Positions 29,341-39,970 of a DNA stretch of 64,000 nt are shown here, piece by piece. The stretch comes from an uncultured Planctomycetaceae bacterium (GTDB lineage: Bacteria; Planctomycetota; Planctomycetia; Planctomycetales; Planctomycetaceae). The notes below the pieces were generated by a model that was not told the origin of the DNA, made no database searches, and saw nothing but the letters and a program-made list of their open reading frames with translations. Within the stretch, counting starts at the first letter, position 1. Every line of letters begins with the position of its first letter. The position numbers and the translations under genes were made by a program. The stretch covers positions 124,001 to 188,000 of the forward strand of contig CAXBME010000006.1 of the NCBI GenBank assembly GCA_963976765.1, read 5' to 3'.

Positions 29341-29518
29341 TTCCGAGTCCCTGAAATCTGAGTTTGACGCACATCGCCTGCTGCTCCTAAAGTCCCGCCA
29401 GGACCGCAGCCGGACAGGATGATGCCGCGAGGAATCTCCAGCGTGGACGAACCGGCTGCCGCCACGGATGTTTTTTCCGGCCCTATTTGTTGCTGGCCCT
29501 CACGGATGGAAGATCGCA

Positions 29519-30838
29519 ATGAGCCAATCGCTCGAACAGAAAATTAACGACCAGTCAGCGGTGATCGGCATTATTGGCCTGGGCTATGTCGGCCTTCCGC
29601 TGATGTCCGCCTTCGTGAAGGCCGGATTCAAGACGATCGGTTTCGATGTCGACCAGAAAAAAGTCGACATGCTGAAAGCTGGAAAAAGCTACATTAAACA
29701 CATTGACGCCGCGAAGGTGAGCGCTCTGATCAAGGAAGGTCAGTTTGACCCAACGTCTGACGTGTCCCGCATGGCAGAAGCCGATTGCCTGCTGATCTGT
29801 GTGCCGACGCCGCTGAACGACAGTCGTGATCCAGACCTCAGCTATGTTGTCGGAACCACCGAATCGATCGCAAAGACGTTGCGACCAGGGCAGCTCGTCG
29901 TGCTGGAAAGTACGACTTACCCGACAACCACTCGCGATGTCATGCTCCCAATCCTCAACGCAACCGGCCTGAAGGCGGGCGAAGACTTTTTCGTCGCGTA
30001 CAGCCCCGAGCGTGAAGATCCCGGCAACCCGGACTTTACCGCTGACGGGATCCCAAAAGTCGTCGGTGGCATCGACGAAGAAAGTGGCAAGCTTGCAGAG
30101 GCGCTTTACAGCCAGGCGATCGTGAAAATTGTCCGCGTTGGAACACCGGAAGTGGCCGAAGCCTGCAAAATTCTGGAAAACACTTACCGAGCCGTGAACA
30201 TCGCGCTGGTCAACGAGCTGAAAGTTCTGTTCGACCGGATGGGCATCGACGTGTGGGACGTCATCGACGCCGCCAAAACAAAGCCATTCGGCTTTCAGGC
30301 GTTCTATCCTGGCCCCGGCCTGGGCGGACACTGCATCCCCATCGACCCGTTCTATCTGACCTGGCTGGCTCGTCGATACGGACTGACGACGCGATTCATC
30401 GAACTGGCTGGTGAAGTCAATTCGAGGATGCCCGAGTACGTCATCACTCAGTTGATGGAGTTTCTCAACAGCCAGGGCAAAGCATTGCGAAACAGTAAGA
30501 TCTGCCTGCTGGGGGTCGCCTATAAAAAAGATGTCGACGACCCTCGCGAAAGTCCTTCGTTCGTCCTGATGGAGCACCTACTCGGTCGAGGTGCGAACCT
30601 GACGTACAACGATCCTCACGTTCCGCACCTGCCGAAAATGCGGCACCACGACCTGCCGGAGATGTCCAGCCAGGAACTCACGCCCGAGTACCTTGCTGCT
30701 CAGGACTGCGTGCTGATTGCGACCGACCATTCGGCGTACGACTACGAATTCATCGTTAAGCATTCGCCAATGATTCTGGACACTCGCAACGCGACCAAGC
30801 TGGTGACAGAAGGCCGCGACAAAATCTTCAAAGCCTGA
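29519..30838 (+). CDS. Nucleotide-sugar dehydrogenase (UDP-GlcNAc/ManNAc 6-dehydrogenase family)
   Basis: GLGYVGLP, CVPTP, ESTTYP, SPER, KILENTYRAVNIA, GGHCIPIDP, GVAYK motifs. Confidence 0.93.
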   Translation: MSQSLEQKINDQSAVIGIIGLGYVGLPLMSAFVKAGFKTIGFDVDQKKVDMLKAGKSYIKHIDAAKVSALIKEGQFDPTSDVSRMAEADCLLICVPTPLNDSRDPDLSYVVGTTESIAKTLRPGQLVVLESTTYPTTTRDVMLPILNATGLKAGEDFFVAYSPEREDPGNPDFTADGIPKVVGGIDEESGKLAEALYSQAIVKIVRVGTPEVAEACKILENTYRAVNIALVNELKVLFDRMGIDVWDVIDAAKTKPFGFQAFYPGPGLGGHCIPIDPFYLTWLARRYGLTTRFIELAGEVNSRMPEYVITQLMEFLNSQGKALRNSKICLLGVAYKKDVDDPRESPSFVLMEHLLGRGANLTYNDPHVPHLPKMRHHDLPEMSSQELTPEYLAAQDCVLIATDHSAYDYEFIVKHSPMILDTRNATKLVTEGRDKIFKA

Positions 30839-30869
30839 TATTCGAAGACTTCGGAATTTCAAACACCTG

Positions 30870-30906
30870 ACAAGGCCGACCAATGACAGTCGGCCTTGTT
30901 TCGTTT
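30870..30906 (+). terminator. Intrinsic terminator
   Basis: acaaggccgac...gtcggccttgt 11-bp stem followed by T-rich tract. Confidence 0.65.
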
Positions 30907-31024
30907 GAGGTGACTTCAGTGGAAACTCTCGTTGCCTGGTTGTCGGCCAGTTCGGGATGTCTACGATGACGGTGTGGCCGTTCTGCAACTTGATTCCACT
31001 ACCTGACTGGCGAGTGAAAACGCG

Positions 31025-32518
31025 GTGTCGAGTATTCCAGAAATACGCATCCGACAACTCAACAAGGCTCCCGTTTCGAATGACGGCGAGTTTGTTCTCT
31101 ACTGGATGGTTTCATCGAGGCGTGCGACATGCAACTTCGCTCTTCAACGAGCGGTCGAGTGGTCAACGAAACTGAAGAAGCCGCTGCTCATTCTGGAAGC
31201 GCTGCGAGTCGGCTACGAATGGGCAAGCGACCGTCTGCACCGTTTCGTTCTGCAAGGCATCGCTGATAACAAAGCAGCGTTTGCTGGCAAGCCTGTTCGC
31301 TATTACCCATATGTTGAGCCGAAACCCGGAGCAGGCAGCGGACTTGTCGAAGAGCTTGCGTCCCGCGCTGCGGTCATCGTGACTGATGATTTTCCGTGCT
31401 TCTTCGTCCCTCGGATGTTGAAGAAAACGGCTCAACGATTGCCGACGCTTCTCGAAGCCGTCGACTCGAACGGCCTGCTGCCGATGCGGGCCGCGAATAC
31501 CGTCTTCCCAACGGCCTACGCCTTTCGGCGTTTCCTTCAGCGAGAACTGACTCCACACCTGAACGAGTTGCCGGCCCCTGCCCCGCTCGCTGGTGTAAAA
31601 ATCCCCAGGCCAGCGGCAATCGCCCCTTCGATCCTCACGAGATGGCCCGAAGCGACTGACGACTTCCTTGAAGCGGAAGAAAAAACGCTGTCCAACCTGC
31701 CGATTGATCACTCAGTTGGCTCGGCCGCGTTTCACGGCGGAAGTTCGGCAGCGCAGGATGCCTTGCAAAGCTTTCTTGACGAGAAGCTGCATCAATACCA
31801 CGAAGACCGCAGCCAACCAGAAGCCGACGTCGCCAGTGGTCTGTCGCCGTGGCTGCACTTTGGCCACATTTCTGCAAGCGATGTTTTTGCGCAGCTTGCT
31901 CAACGAGAAAACTGGACTCCCGACCGGCTTGCCGAAACGACCAAAGGCAGCCGCCTGGGCTGGTGGGGAATGACCGAGCCAGCGGAATCGTTCCTCGACG
32001 AACTGATCACCTGGCGGGAACTCGGCTATAACTTCTGCTGGCAGCGCGACGACTATGACCAGTACGAATCCCTGCCGGACTGGGCTCGCATAACGTTGGG
32101 AAAACACGCGTCCGATGCGCGGCCACAAGTTTACTTGCTCGACGAATTCGAAGCCGCACAGACTCATGACGAACTCTGGAACGCCGCACAGTCGCAACTC
32201 GTATCAGAAGGGCGGATGCATAACTACCTGAGAATGTTGTGGGGCAAGAAAATTCTGCACTGGTCAGAGTCGCCTCGTGAAGCTCTGCGGATCATGATTC
32301 AGCTCAACAATAAATATGCGGTCGATGGGCGGAACCCGAATTCGTACTCCGGCATCTTCTGGGTGCTCGGTCGCTATGACCGAGCCTGGGGGCCCGAGCG
32401 ACCGATCTTTGGAAAAATCCGATACATGACCAGCGAAAACACCGCCCGGAAATTCAAAGTCAAAGACTACGTCCGAAAGTACAGCCGCCTGTCGAGTTCT
32501 CAGCTTGAACCGTCGTGA
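31025..32518 (+). CDS. Deoxyribodipyrimidine photolyase, class II-like
   Basis: VLYWM, SGLSPWLHFGHIS, FLDELITWREL, WNAAQ, MHNYLRMLWGKK, DGRNPNSY motifs. Confidence 0.92.
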   Translation: MSSIPEIRIRQLNKAPVSNDGEFVLYWMVSSRRATCNFALQRAVEWSTKLKKPLLILEALRVGYEWASDRLHRFVLQGIADNKAAFAGKPVRYYPYVEPKPGAGSGLVEELASRAAVIVTDDFPCFFVPRMLKKTAQRLPTLLEAVDSNGLLPMRAANTVFPTAYAFRRFLQRELTPHLNELPAPAPLAGVKIPRPAAIAPSILTRWPEATDDFLEAEEKTLSNLPIDHSVGSAAFHGGSSAAQDALQSFLDEKLHQYHEDRSQPEADVASGLSPWLHFGHISASDVFAQLAQRENWTPDRLAETTKGSRLGWWGMTEPAESFLDELITWRELGYNFCWQRDDYDQYESLPDWARITLGKHASDARPQVYLLDEFEAAQTHDELWNAAQSQLVSEGRMHNYLRMLWGKKILHWSESPREALRIMIQLNNKYAVDGRNPNSYSGIFWVLGRYDRAWGPERPIFGKIRYMTSENTARKFKVKDYVRKYSRLSSSQLEPS

Positions 32519-32568
32519 CGGTCGAAAACAGCTCACTCAGACGATCCAATCACGAAAGCAACTTTTCA

Positions 32569-33612
32569 ATGAGTTACGACGCGATTCTGCTGGTTTCGTT
32601 CGGCGGCCCTGAAGGCCGTGACGACGTTTTGCCATTTCTCGAAAACGTCACGCGAGGACGCAACATCCCACGTGAGCGGTTGCTGGAAGTTGCCGAGCAC
32701 TACTACCACTTCGACGGCGTCAGCCCGATCAATCAGCAGTGCCGGGATCTGATCGCCGCATTGCGGCCCGAACTCGAACAGCACGGAATCAACCTCCCGA
32801 TCTACTGGGGAAATCGAAACTGGGATCCGCTGCTGCCCGACACCCTTCAGGAAATGAAAGACGCCGGAATCAAGCGAGCACTCGCGTTCGTCACGGCGTC
32901 TTACAGTTCCTGGTCAAGCTGCCGGCAGTATCGCGAGAACGTCGCCGACGCTCAGGCTGCAGTTGGAGAAGGGGCTCCGGAAGTCGACAAAATTCGAGTC
33001 TTCTACAACCATCCCGATTTCATCGCGGCGAACGCCGAACTCGTCCGGAAAAGCCTTGAGCAAATTCCTGCTGAGGGGCGAGAAAAAACACGCCTCGCAT
33101 TCACTGCTCACAGTATCCCGAATTCGATGTCGGACACTTGCGACTATGTTCAGCAGTTGACCGAGAGCTGCCGTCTCGTTTCGGACGCTGTCGGCGTTTC
33201 ACAGAATCACTGGCAACTCGTCTATCAAAGCCGGAGTGGGCGACCGCAGGATCCCTGGCTGGAACCGGACATCTGCGATCACCTGGCTACGCTGAAGGGA
33301 TCCGGCGCCGAAGACGTAGTCGTAGTTCCTATCGGATTTCTTTCCGATCATATGGAAGTTCTGTTCGACCTCGATTGCGAAGCCGTCGACGCGTGCAGGA
33401 AACTTGGGCTGAACATGGTCCGCTGCGAAACCGTTGGAACGCATCCGGTTTTCGTTGGGATGATCCGAAAGCTGATTCAGGAGCGGATTGCCGAAGCTCC
33501 CAAAGAAGCCATCGGCCAGTTCGGCCCGAACCACGACCAGTGCCCGTTAGATTGCTGCCCGGCTCCGAAACGCCCGGGTCGCCCAGCGCCAGTCGACACC
33601 TCAAATTCCTGA
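32569..33612 (+). CDS. hemH: Ferrochelatase
   Basis: SFGGPE, GVSPIN, TAHSIP, YQSRSG..PWLEPD, PIGFLSDHMEVLFDLD motifs. Confidence 0.93.
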   Translation: MSYDAILLVSFGGPEGRDDVLPFLENVTRGRNIPRERLLEVAEHYYHFDGVSPINQQCRDLIAALRPELEQHGINLPIYWGNRNWDPLLPDTLQEMKDAGIKRALAFVTASYSSWSSCRQYRENVADAQAAVGEGAPEVDKIRVFYNHPDFIAANAELVRKSLEQIPAEGREKTRLAFTAHSIPNSMSDTCDYVQQLTESCRLVSDAVGVSQNHWQLVYQSRSGRPQDPWLEPDICDHLATLKGSGAEDVVVVPIGFLSDHMEVLFDLDCEAVDACRKLGLNMVRCETVGTHPVFVGMIRKLIQERIAEAPKEAIGQFGPNHDQCPLDCCPAPKRPGRPAPVDTSNS

Positions 33613-33934
33613 GCGTTTGCCTCGCTTCTCTGGCGGCCGGTGCAGACTGCAGGCAGCTACCGCCAAAGTCCGATTCTGACGATCCGGTCAAATATGTCCG
33701 AATCCTGCAAAACTCAGCATCTTCATATCTGACAGGGACTTGCGACTCCTTGACACTCGAAATCGGCGTTTGTACAACATCGCCCTTTGTTTTGAGACTG
33801 GCAGTAGCTGCCGTGGACTCGCGAATTTTTTGCGATAACGTGTTTCCACCTAATCAGTTACACCGGACACACTTTCATCCGCCGCCAACCGGCACGCCCT
33901 TTCTGGTCGTGCTCGCAATGGCGAAAGGGCACTC

Positions 33935-35122
33935 ATGGCGAAGAAGAAAACCGCCGCGACCAGATCAACCACTCGTCGCGCATCGGCAAAGACCTCTAAA
34001 CCTGCTGCCGCCGCGAAAAAAACTTCCAAGCCGAAGTCTTCGTCCCGGAGTAAGTCCCCTGAGCAGATTCAGTCTGCCGCCGCGAAGCTGGACCTTGAGA
34101 TTCTGAAACTGGTCAATCAGCGCGCTCAGCTCTCGATCGACTGGATCGAATCGCACGATGATCCACGGCAAGTCCTTTTCTCGCCTCAACTTGAGGACGA
34201 AGCCATCACTCGAATGCTGGCAAAGAATGCTGGCCCGTTATCGACGCTGGCAGTCAGTGGTGTGATGCGGCACGTCTTCAGCGGTGCTCGTCGCAAAGTC
34301 CGCATGCAGCGGGTTGCGTACCTCGGACCAGCCTTCAGCTATTCGCATCAGGCGTCGATCGAGCGGTTCGGCGAGGCAGCCGACCTGATTCCAGTCAGCA
34401 CAATCGCGTCGGTCTTCGAAGAGGTGAATCGAGGTCATGCTGAATTCGGGATTGTTCCGATCGAAAACAGCACAGACGGCCGCATTGTTGACACATTGGA
34501 CATGTTCACTCGCCTGCCGCTCCGGATTTGTGGCGAAGTCCAGCTGAGCGTGAATCACAACCTGCTGGCTCGATGTGCGAGGAGTCAGATTACTGAAATT
34601 TACAGCAAGCCGCAGGCATTTTCGCAGTGCCGAAACTGGTTGAACCGGCACATGCCGCACGCCCGGCTGCACGATGTCACCAGCACGTCAACTGCCGCTC
34701 AACTTGCCCGCGACAAACCCGGTGCGGCAGCGATCGCCAGTGGCCGGGCAGCTGTTGAATACGGCCTGGAAGTCGTCGCGGCGGACGTTCAGGACAACAA
34801 AAACAATGTCACACGCTTCGCGATCATTGGCGATCATGTGCCGGCAGCAACCGGCAGCGACCGGACTGCCCTGTTGCTCCAGATTCCGCATAAGCCGGGC
34901 GCCTTGTCAGACGCTCTGGTCGCGTTCAAGAATAACAAGGTCAATCTGAGCTGGATTGAGTCTTTCCCGCTGCGGGGCCCGGAAGCCGGATATCTGTTTT
35001 TCCTTGATTTCGAGGGGCATCAGAGCGAAGCGAAAGTGAAGCGGACTCTCGATCATCTGGCGAAATCGGCTGTCCGCATGGAAGTTCTGGGGTCATTCCC
35101 AAGGTCGGAAGTCCTGCCGTAA
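33935..35122 (+). CDS. pheA: Chorismate mutase/prephenate dehydratase with K/A/S-rich N-terminal extension
   Basis: [32 protein letters not shown] domain IESFP...FFLDFEGH. Confidence 0.93.
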   Translation: MAKKKTAATRSTTRRASAKTSKPAAAAKKTSKPKSSSRSKSPEQIQSAAAKLDLEILKLVNQRAQLSIDWIESHDDPRQVLFSPQLEDEAITRMLAKNAGPLSTLAVSGVMRHVFSGARRKVRMQRVAYLGPAFSYSHQASIERFGEAADLIPVSTIASVFEEVNRGHAEFGIVPIENSTDGRIVDTLDMFTRLPLRICGEVQLSVNHNLLARCARSQITEIYSKPQAFSQCRNWLNRHMPHARLHDVTSTSTAAQLARDKPGAAAIASGRAAVEYGLEVVAADVQDNKNNVTRFAIIGDHVPAATGSDRTALLLQIPHKPGALSDALVAFKNNKVNLSWIESFPLRGPEAGYLFFLDFEGHQSEAKVKRTLDHLAKSAVRMEVLGSFPRSEVLP

Positions 35123-35427
35123 CGGACCGAAAACCCGGCAGTCGGCATCAGGGCGACGACAGATCGCGATTTAAGACTTCCAATCTGCTCACACGAGGGG
35201 ATTTCGAGGTTCGTTCTCCGAAACGAATCGGCAAGCAGGTAAGAGTTGAGGGCGTGATTCCTTGGGAAGACTGTCTATTGTTGCTACAGTCTCGCCGTTT
35301 TCCGCTCCTGACGCAGCTTGTGGTCACCCGACGACGCTGATAAAGGGCGACCTCTTCTGCGACAAATGTCGCTGTGGAGCTGCACTCGGCTCCTGTCACC
35401 ATCGATAAACTGAGGTAGCGTTCTCCC

Positions 35428-36198
35428 ATGAGACGACCAATTATTGCCGGCAACTGGAAACTGAACACTTGCAGCCAATCAGGCCCAGCACTGGTCGCTG
35501 CGATTAAAGCTGAAGCCCCTGCTCCAGGCGGACCGGTCGAAGTCGTGGTCTGCCCGCCGTACCCGTACCTTGGTCTGGCTGCTGCAGAAGCGAATGGCTC
35601 AGGCGTAGAAGTCGGTGGCCAGAACGCGTGGCATGAAACGTCGGGGGCGTTCACCGGCGAAGTGTCCTGTGAAATGCTTCAGGACGTCGGCTGCAAGTGG
35701 GTTGTGCTTGGCCACAGCGAACGCCGCCAGATCAATGGCGAGTCTGACGAGCTGATCAACACAAAGGTCCGCAAGGCACTGGACGTCGGCCTGAAGGTCA
35801 TTCTTTGCGTCGGCGAGCTGCTCGAAGACCGCGAAGCTGATCGCACTGAAGCCGTCCTGGAAACTCAAATGTCCGGCGGCCTGACCGACGTGACTGCTGA
35901 CCAGATGGCCGATGTCGTCATCGCTTACGAACCGGTCTGGGCTATTGGAACCGGAAAAGTTGCCAGCGACGAACAGGCCGAAGCCGCTCATAAATTTCTG
36001 CGAGGCTGGCTCGAAGGTCGCTTCAACAGCGACGTCGCTGCGGCCACTCGAATTCTGTATGGCGGAAGCGTCAAACCGGACAACGCCAACGGTCTGCTTG
36101 GCCAGCCAAATGTCGACGGAGCTTTGGTCGGTGGAGCAAGTCTAAAGGCTGAGCTGTTTATCCCAATCATCCAGGCTGGTGTCGCCTCGGTATCGTAA
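35428..36198 (+). CDS. tpiA: Triosephosphate isomerase
   Basis: [40 protein letters not shown]. Confidence 0.98.
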   Translation: MRRPIIAGNWKLNTCSQSGPALVAAIKAEAPAPGGPVEVVVCPPYPYLGLAAAEANGSGVEVGGQNAWHETSGAFTGEVSCEMLQDVGCKWVVLGHSERRQINGESDELINTKVRKALDVGLKVILCVGELLEDREADRTEAVLETQMSGGLTDVTADQMADVVIAYEPVWAIGTGKVASDEQAEAAHKFLRGWLEGRFNSDVAAATRILYGGSVKPDNANGLLGQPNVDGALVGGASLKAELFIPIIQAGVASVS

Positions 36199-36269
36199 AT
36201 TCAGTCGGAATACTGGTCTCACAGCAGTGAGCCAACTACCCGATCGACTGTGGTCGGAAGGAAAATCAA

Positions 36270-36842
36270 ATGCAGGGTTTCCTGGCGGACTTTTCAATGC
36301 TCCTTCTTGGAGTGATCAGCGCATTGCTGATTCTCGTCGTGCTTCTTCAACGAGGCCGCGGCGGCGGACTGGCTGGTGCCTTTGGTGGACTCGGCGGGCA
36401 AAGCGCTTTCGGTACGAAAGCCGGCGACGTCTTCACAAAGATCACGATTGGTCTGGTGACGGCCTGGGTTCTACTGGCAGGCGTGAGCGGAGTGCTCGCT
36501 CGCAAGGCCAGCGAAAAGGGTGACTTTGCGGATGCGGAGACCGTCGTCGATGACAAAGATTCGGAAGAGACCGGCGGCTCCATGAGTTCAATGGGAAGCG
36601 GCGAAGACGAAGTCACGACTGACGGAACAGCCACCGACGATACCGCGGGTGGCTCGACTTCGGGTTCGGACGACGCTCCGTTAACCGACGACAAAGGCAC
36701 CGAAGCGGCAACGACGACGGATTCAACCGGCGCAGCGGTGAAGGAAGAAAGCGAAACCGCAGCACCTTCAGAATCCGAACCGGAAGCAAAGCCTGCTGAC
36801 GCGAAAAATGATTCTGACGCCGCTGCACCGGCGAAAGAATAG
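36270..36842 (+). CDS. secG: Preprotein translocase subunit SecG with acidic tail
   Basis: [21 protein letters not shown] motif, two TMs, position after tpiA. Confidence 0.92.
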   Translation: MQGFLADFSMLLLGVISALLILVVLLQRGRGGGLAGAFGGLGGQSAFGTKAGDVFTKITIGLVTAWVLLAGVSGVLARKASEKGDFADAETVVDDKDSEETGGSMSSMGSGEDEVTTDGTATDDTAGGSTSGSDDAPLTDDKGTEAATTTDSTGAAVKEESETAAPSESEPEAKPADAKNDSDAAAPAKE

Positions 36843-36925
36843 TCTCCCGGTAAGTCTCAACCGGGTTCAATTTTCAGGTACGGTATTTGACTCGCCGCCT
36901 GCCACGCTGTTGATGGGGTGTCGCT

Positions 36926-37810
36926 TTGCTGCTGAGTATGACGGGTTTCGGAAGTGCCAGCGGTCAGAACGATCGCTTCGTGGCTTCCGTCGAAATCAAG
37001 GCGGTTAACAATCGTCATCTCAAAGTGTCCACGCGCCTGCCCGACGTACTCGGTTCGCTGGAGCCATTGATTGAGAAGACGGTCCGAAACGCCGTCGCAC
37101 GAGGCACCGTATCGGTCAGTATTCGATTTTCAGCAGTTGGCCAGGCAAGTCGGTATCAGATTTCGTCGGAGCTGCTGACCGGCTACTGGAACCAGCTGAA
37201 AGCTGTCAGCGAAACCAGCAATGTACCGTTGCCCGATTCGGTGAGTTCGCTGCTGACCCTTCCAGGTGTCATTTCTGACGAACTCAGTTCAACGCTGGAC
37301 GCAGCCGCAGAGTGGCCGTTTCTGGACGGTATCGTGGTGAAAGCGCTCGCCGGGTTGAACGAGTTTCGCCAGCGCGAAGGCGAATCGATGCGGGCGGAAT
37401 TACAGCAATGCTGTGAGCAGATCGCGACGAATCTCGAATCCGTTATCCAGCGTGCTCCTGAAGTCGTCAGCAACTACCGTGACAAGGTACTTGAACGCGT
37501 GCGGGAGTTGCTCGAAGTCTCCAACGCCACCATCGAGCCGGAACACCTGATTCGCGAGGTTTCGATCTTTGCGGACCGCTGCGACATCAACGAAGAGATC
37601 ACTCGATTACGGTGCCACATCGACGAGTTTCTGAAAGTCATCAACGGGCCATCATCACAGGGGCGGAAACTGGACTTTCTCAGCCAGGAAATGTTTCGAG
37701 AGATTAACACGACCGGGTCGAAAGCAAGTAACGTCGAAATTGCCCACCACGTCGTCGAAATGAAAGCGGCTGTCGAGAAGATTCGTGAGATTCTTGGTAA
37801 CGTTGAGTAG
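36926..37810 (+). CDS. yicC: YicC/YloC family endoribonuclease
   Basis: SMTGFG, VNNRHL, DINEEITRL, GRKLDFLSQEMFREINTTGSK motifs. Confidence 0.93.
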   Translation: MLLSMTGFGSASGQNDRFVASVEIKAVNNRHLKVSTRLPDVLGSLEPLIEKTVRNAVARGTVSVSIRFSAVGQASRYQISSELLTGYWNQLKAVSETSNVPLPDSVSSLLTLPGVISDELSSTLDAAAEWPFLDGIVVKALAGLNEFRQREGESMRAELQQCCEQIATNLESVIQRAPEVVSNYRDKVLERVRELLEVSNATIEPEHLIREVSIFADRCDINEEITRLRCHIDEFLKVINGPSSQGRKLDFLSQEMFREINTTGSKASNVEIAHHVVEMKAAVEKIREILGNVE

Positions 37811-37834
37811 CCAGCCTTTCCAGGAGCCTTCCCG

Positions 37835-38461
37835 ATGACTAACCAGCCAGTTAATCAGGATACATCAAGAATAACCGCGAGCACATCGTTACAGGTCGTC
37901 GTCCTGTCGGGGCCAAGCGGCAGTGGTAAATCGACAATCGTTAATCGACTGGTGGCTGAGTCACCTGTCAAACTGATCAAGATGATTTCGGCGACAACCA
38001 GACCAATTCGAGTCAACGAGACGCACGGAGAAGACTACTACTTTCTCAACGATGAGGAGTTTCGACAGAAACGCGACGCCGGTGAATTTGTGGAGTGCGA
38101 AGAGGTTCACTCGTCTGGATTCTGGTACGGAACTTTGCATTCGGAACTGCATCGAGCTGCTGACCAGGGCGGCTGGGCGTTTCTGGAAATTGATGTCAAA
38201 GGCGCACTGAGCGTCATGGAGCAATACCCGAACGCGATTACGATTTTCTTAAAGACTCCTTCGGAAGAAGTTTTCGAAAGTCGATTGCGGGCACGGGGAA
38301 CGGAATCAGAAGAAGTTATCCAGCGACGGCTGAGGACGGCGCGGGAAGAGTTGAAATCGGCAGACCGGTACCGTTATCAAGTTTGCAACGATGACCTGAA
38401 CCGGGCGGTCAATGAAATTATCGAGGTCCTCGTGTCGAGGGAGGCAGAATCCAATGCATGA
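37835..38461 (+). CDS. gmk: Guanylate kinase
   Basis: [11 protein letters not shown]-loop, SATTRP, GEDYYF, YGT, EIDVKG. Confidence 0.95.
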   Translation: MTNQPVNQDTSRITASTSLQVVVLSGPSGSGKSTIVNRLVAESPVKLIKMISATTRPIRVNETHGEDYYFLNDEEFRQKRDAGEFVECEEVHSSGFWYGTLHSELHRAADQGGWAFLEIDVKGALSVMEQYPNAITIFLKTPSEEVFESRLRARGTESEEVIQRRLRTAREELKSADRYRYQVCNDDLNRAVNEIIEVLVSREAESNA

Positions 38462-38735
38462 AGAATTCAAAGAAGAAATTATCGTCAACAAGGTCGGTGG
38501 ACGGTTCAAACTGTCGACGCTGATCCAGAAGCGGCTCGTCGCCTTGAACCGAGGATCACGACCGCTTATCGAGTTGACGACGAAGAATCACATGGACATC
38601 GTTGTCGCCGAAATCATGAACGACAAGATCTTCCTGGACGCTTCCGGTGAAGTGGCCGTCAATGAGGACGGAACACCGCTGGACCCAACCGTCGCCGCTC
38701 CGGAAGCAGGTCCGACACTGGATGACCTTCGCTGA
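38454..38735 (+). CDS. rpoZ: RNA polymerase omega subunit
   Basis: [15 protein letters not shown] motif; overlaps gmk stop, canonical gmk-rpoZ synteny. Confidence 0.88.
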   Translation: MHEEFKEEIIVNKVGGRFKLSTLIQKRLVALNRGSRPLIELTTKNHMDIVVAEIMNDKIFLDASGEVAVNEDGTPLDPTVAAPEAGPTLDDLR

Positions 38736-38804
38736 AATCGCGGTTCTGTGGCATGAGTTCGGATCCCGCCAGACCGTGCCCGTTCAGGACGAAATTCAAG
38801 TTTC

Positions 38805-38840
38805 CAGCCCCCTCGTGCAAATTGCCGATGGGGCTGTTTT
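38805..38840 (+). terminator. Intrinsic terminator after rpoZ
   Basis: cagcccc...ggggctg stem followed by tttt. Confidence 0.55.
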
Positions 38841-39118
38841 CGTGCGCTAACCGAATCTGCCGAAGTAGTTTTAGTGACGTTCGACCATTTTCATAGTTTC
38901 TGTGCAGGAGCTGACACCCGGAATAGCCATTGTTTCCGTTGTCGCGATCCTGCAGAACGCTGAAAACGAATTCTGAAAATGCTTTCGATCGGGCACTGTT
39001 TGAACTTCAGCGATTCGACATTGCCGTCTGCGAAGACTTTGCGGCCTGATAAAGACGCAGTCTTTTCAATGTTCGGACAGGAGGTATATGCCGATTTCGA
39101 ACCAGTGCCCGGTTGGGA

Positions 39119-39160
39119 CGAAGTAAGTGTGATGGGCGAAGTAAGTGTGATGGGCGAAGT
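39119..39160. repeat. 18-bp tandem direct repeat (2.3 copies)
   Basis: cgaagtaagtgtgatggg x2 + cgaagt. Confidence 0.9.
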
Positions 39161-39213
39161 GCTCATCCAATTTTTGTCGAGTCAATCGCCGACCGGATCA
39201 GGAAAGCAGAACG

Positions 39214-39963
39214 ATGGAAGAAGATGCTCCACCAGGCGTCCCCGAATGGGTGGTCACCTACGGGGACATGATGTCGCTGCTGCTGACCTTTTTCATCATG
39301 CTAGTCTCGTTGAGCGAAATCGTTGCCGAACAGAAATATCGAGCTGTGCTGACAGCGCTCGATAAGAAAATGGGATTTACGACAGCGCCTGTCGCGCCAT
39401 CGGGCAAAAACTTTGCGGCTAATAGTCCGGTCGAGAGTCCGAATGAAACTCTGGGAGCTGAGTCGCCTGAGGACGACGGCCGGGGCGGCGTCAAATCCAG
39501 GTCCGTACAGGGAGATGATCGACGCATCAAAGTAACCGACGAAGGCACGCCGCAGCAGGTGGGGTCGTTCCTGACGTTCCTGCCAGCCACCACAAACGAA
39601 GACGGTGACAAAGAGTTTCATCTGACGGGCGAGGCTGAAGCAGAATTATTCAGCATTGTGCGCGAGCTTCGAGGTAAGCCGAACAAGATTGAAATCCGTT
39701 CCCATGTCGCTCCGACAGACGGTGACCAGAAAGACGATGCCGCTTCGATTACTGACGGTATCGCCCGCAGCTATGACCAGGGACATGCCGTGTTCACATT
39801 GCTTGAGAACTGGGGCATCCCCCCGGAACGAATTCGCATTACCGCAGCTGGAAGTTCACTCGCGAAAGAAACAGCATCAAACTCAGCAGCACCACCCGAA
39901 CGAATCGAAGTCTTCATTACCGACGTGTTTTCTTCAGAGTACGTTGGCACCCGCAAGCTTTAG
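39214..39963 (+). CDS. motB: Flagellar motor protein MotB family
   Basis: PEWVVTYGDMMSLLLTFFIML TM motif with conserved Asp; degenerate OmpA-like C-domain. Confidence 0.85.
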   Translation: MEEDAPPGVPEWVVTYGDMMSLLLTFFIMLVSLSEIVAEQKYRAVLTALDKKMGFTTAPVAPSGKNFAANSPVESPNETLGAESPEDDGRGGVKSRSVQGDDRRIKVTDEGTPQQVGSFLTFLPATTNEDGDKEFHLTGEAEAELFSIVRELRGKPNKIEIRSHVAPTDGDQKDDAASITDGIARSYDQGHAVFTLLENWGIPPERIRITAAGSSLAKETASNSAAPPERIEVFITDVFSSEYVGTRKL

Positions 39964-39970
39964 ACTTTAC

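Noticed and set aside
39119..39160. Direct repeats as a CRISPR array
   Set aside because: Repeats are contiguous with no spacers, only 2.3 copies, and no cas genes are present
38979..39365. 128-aa ORF upstream of and overlapping motB
   Set aside because: No motifs, overlaps motB out of frame, and is not MotA-like (no TM helices)
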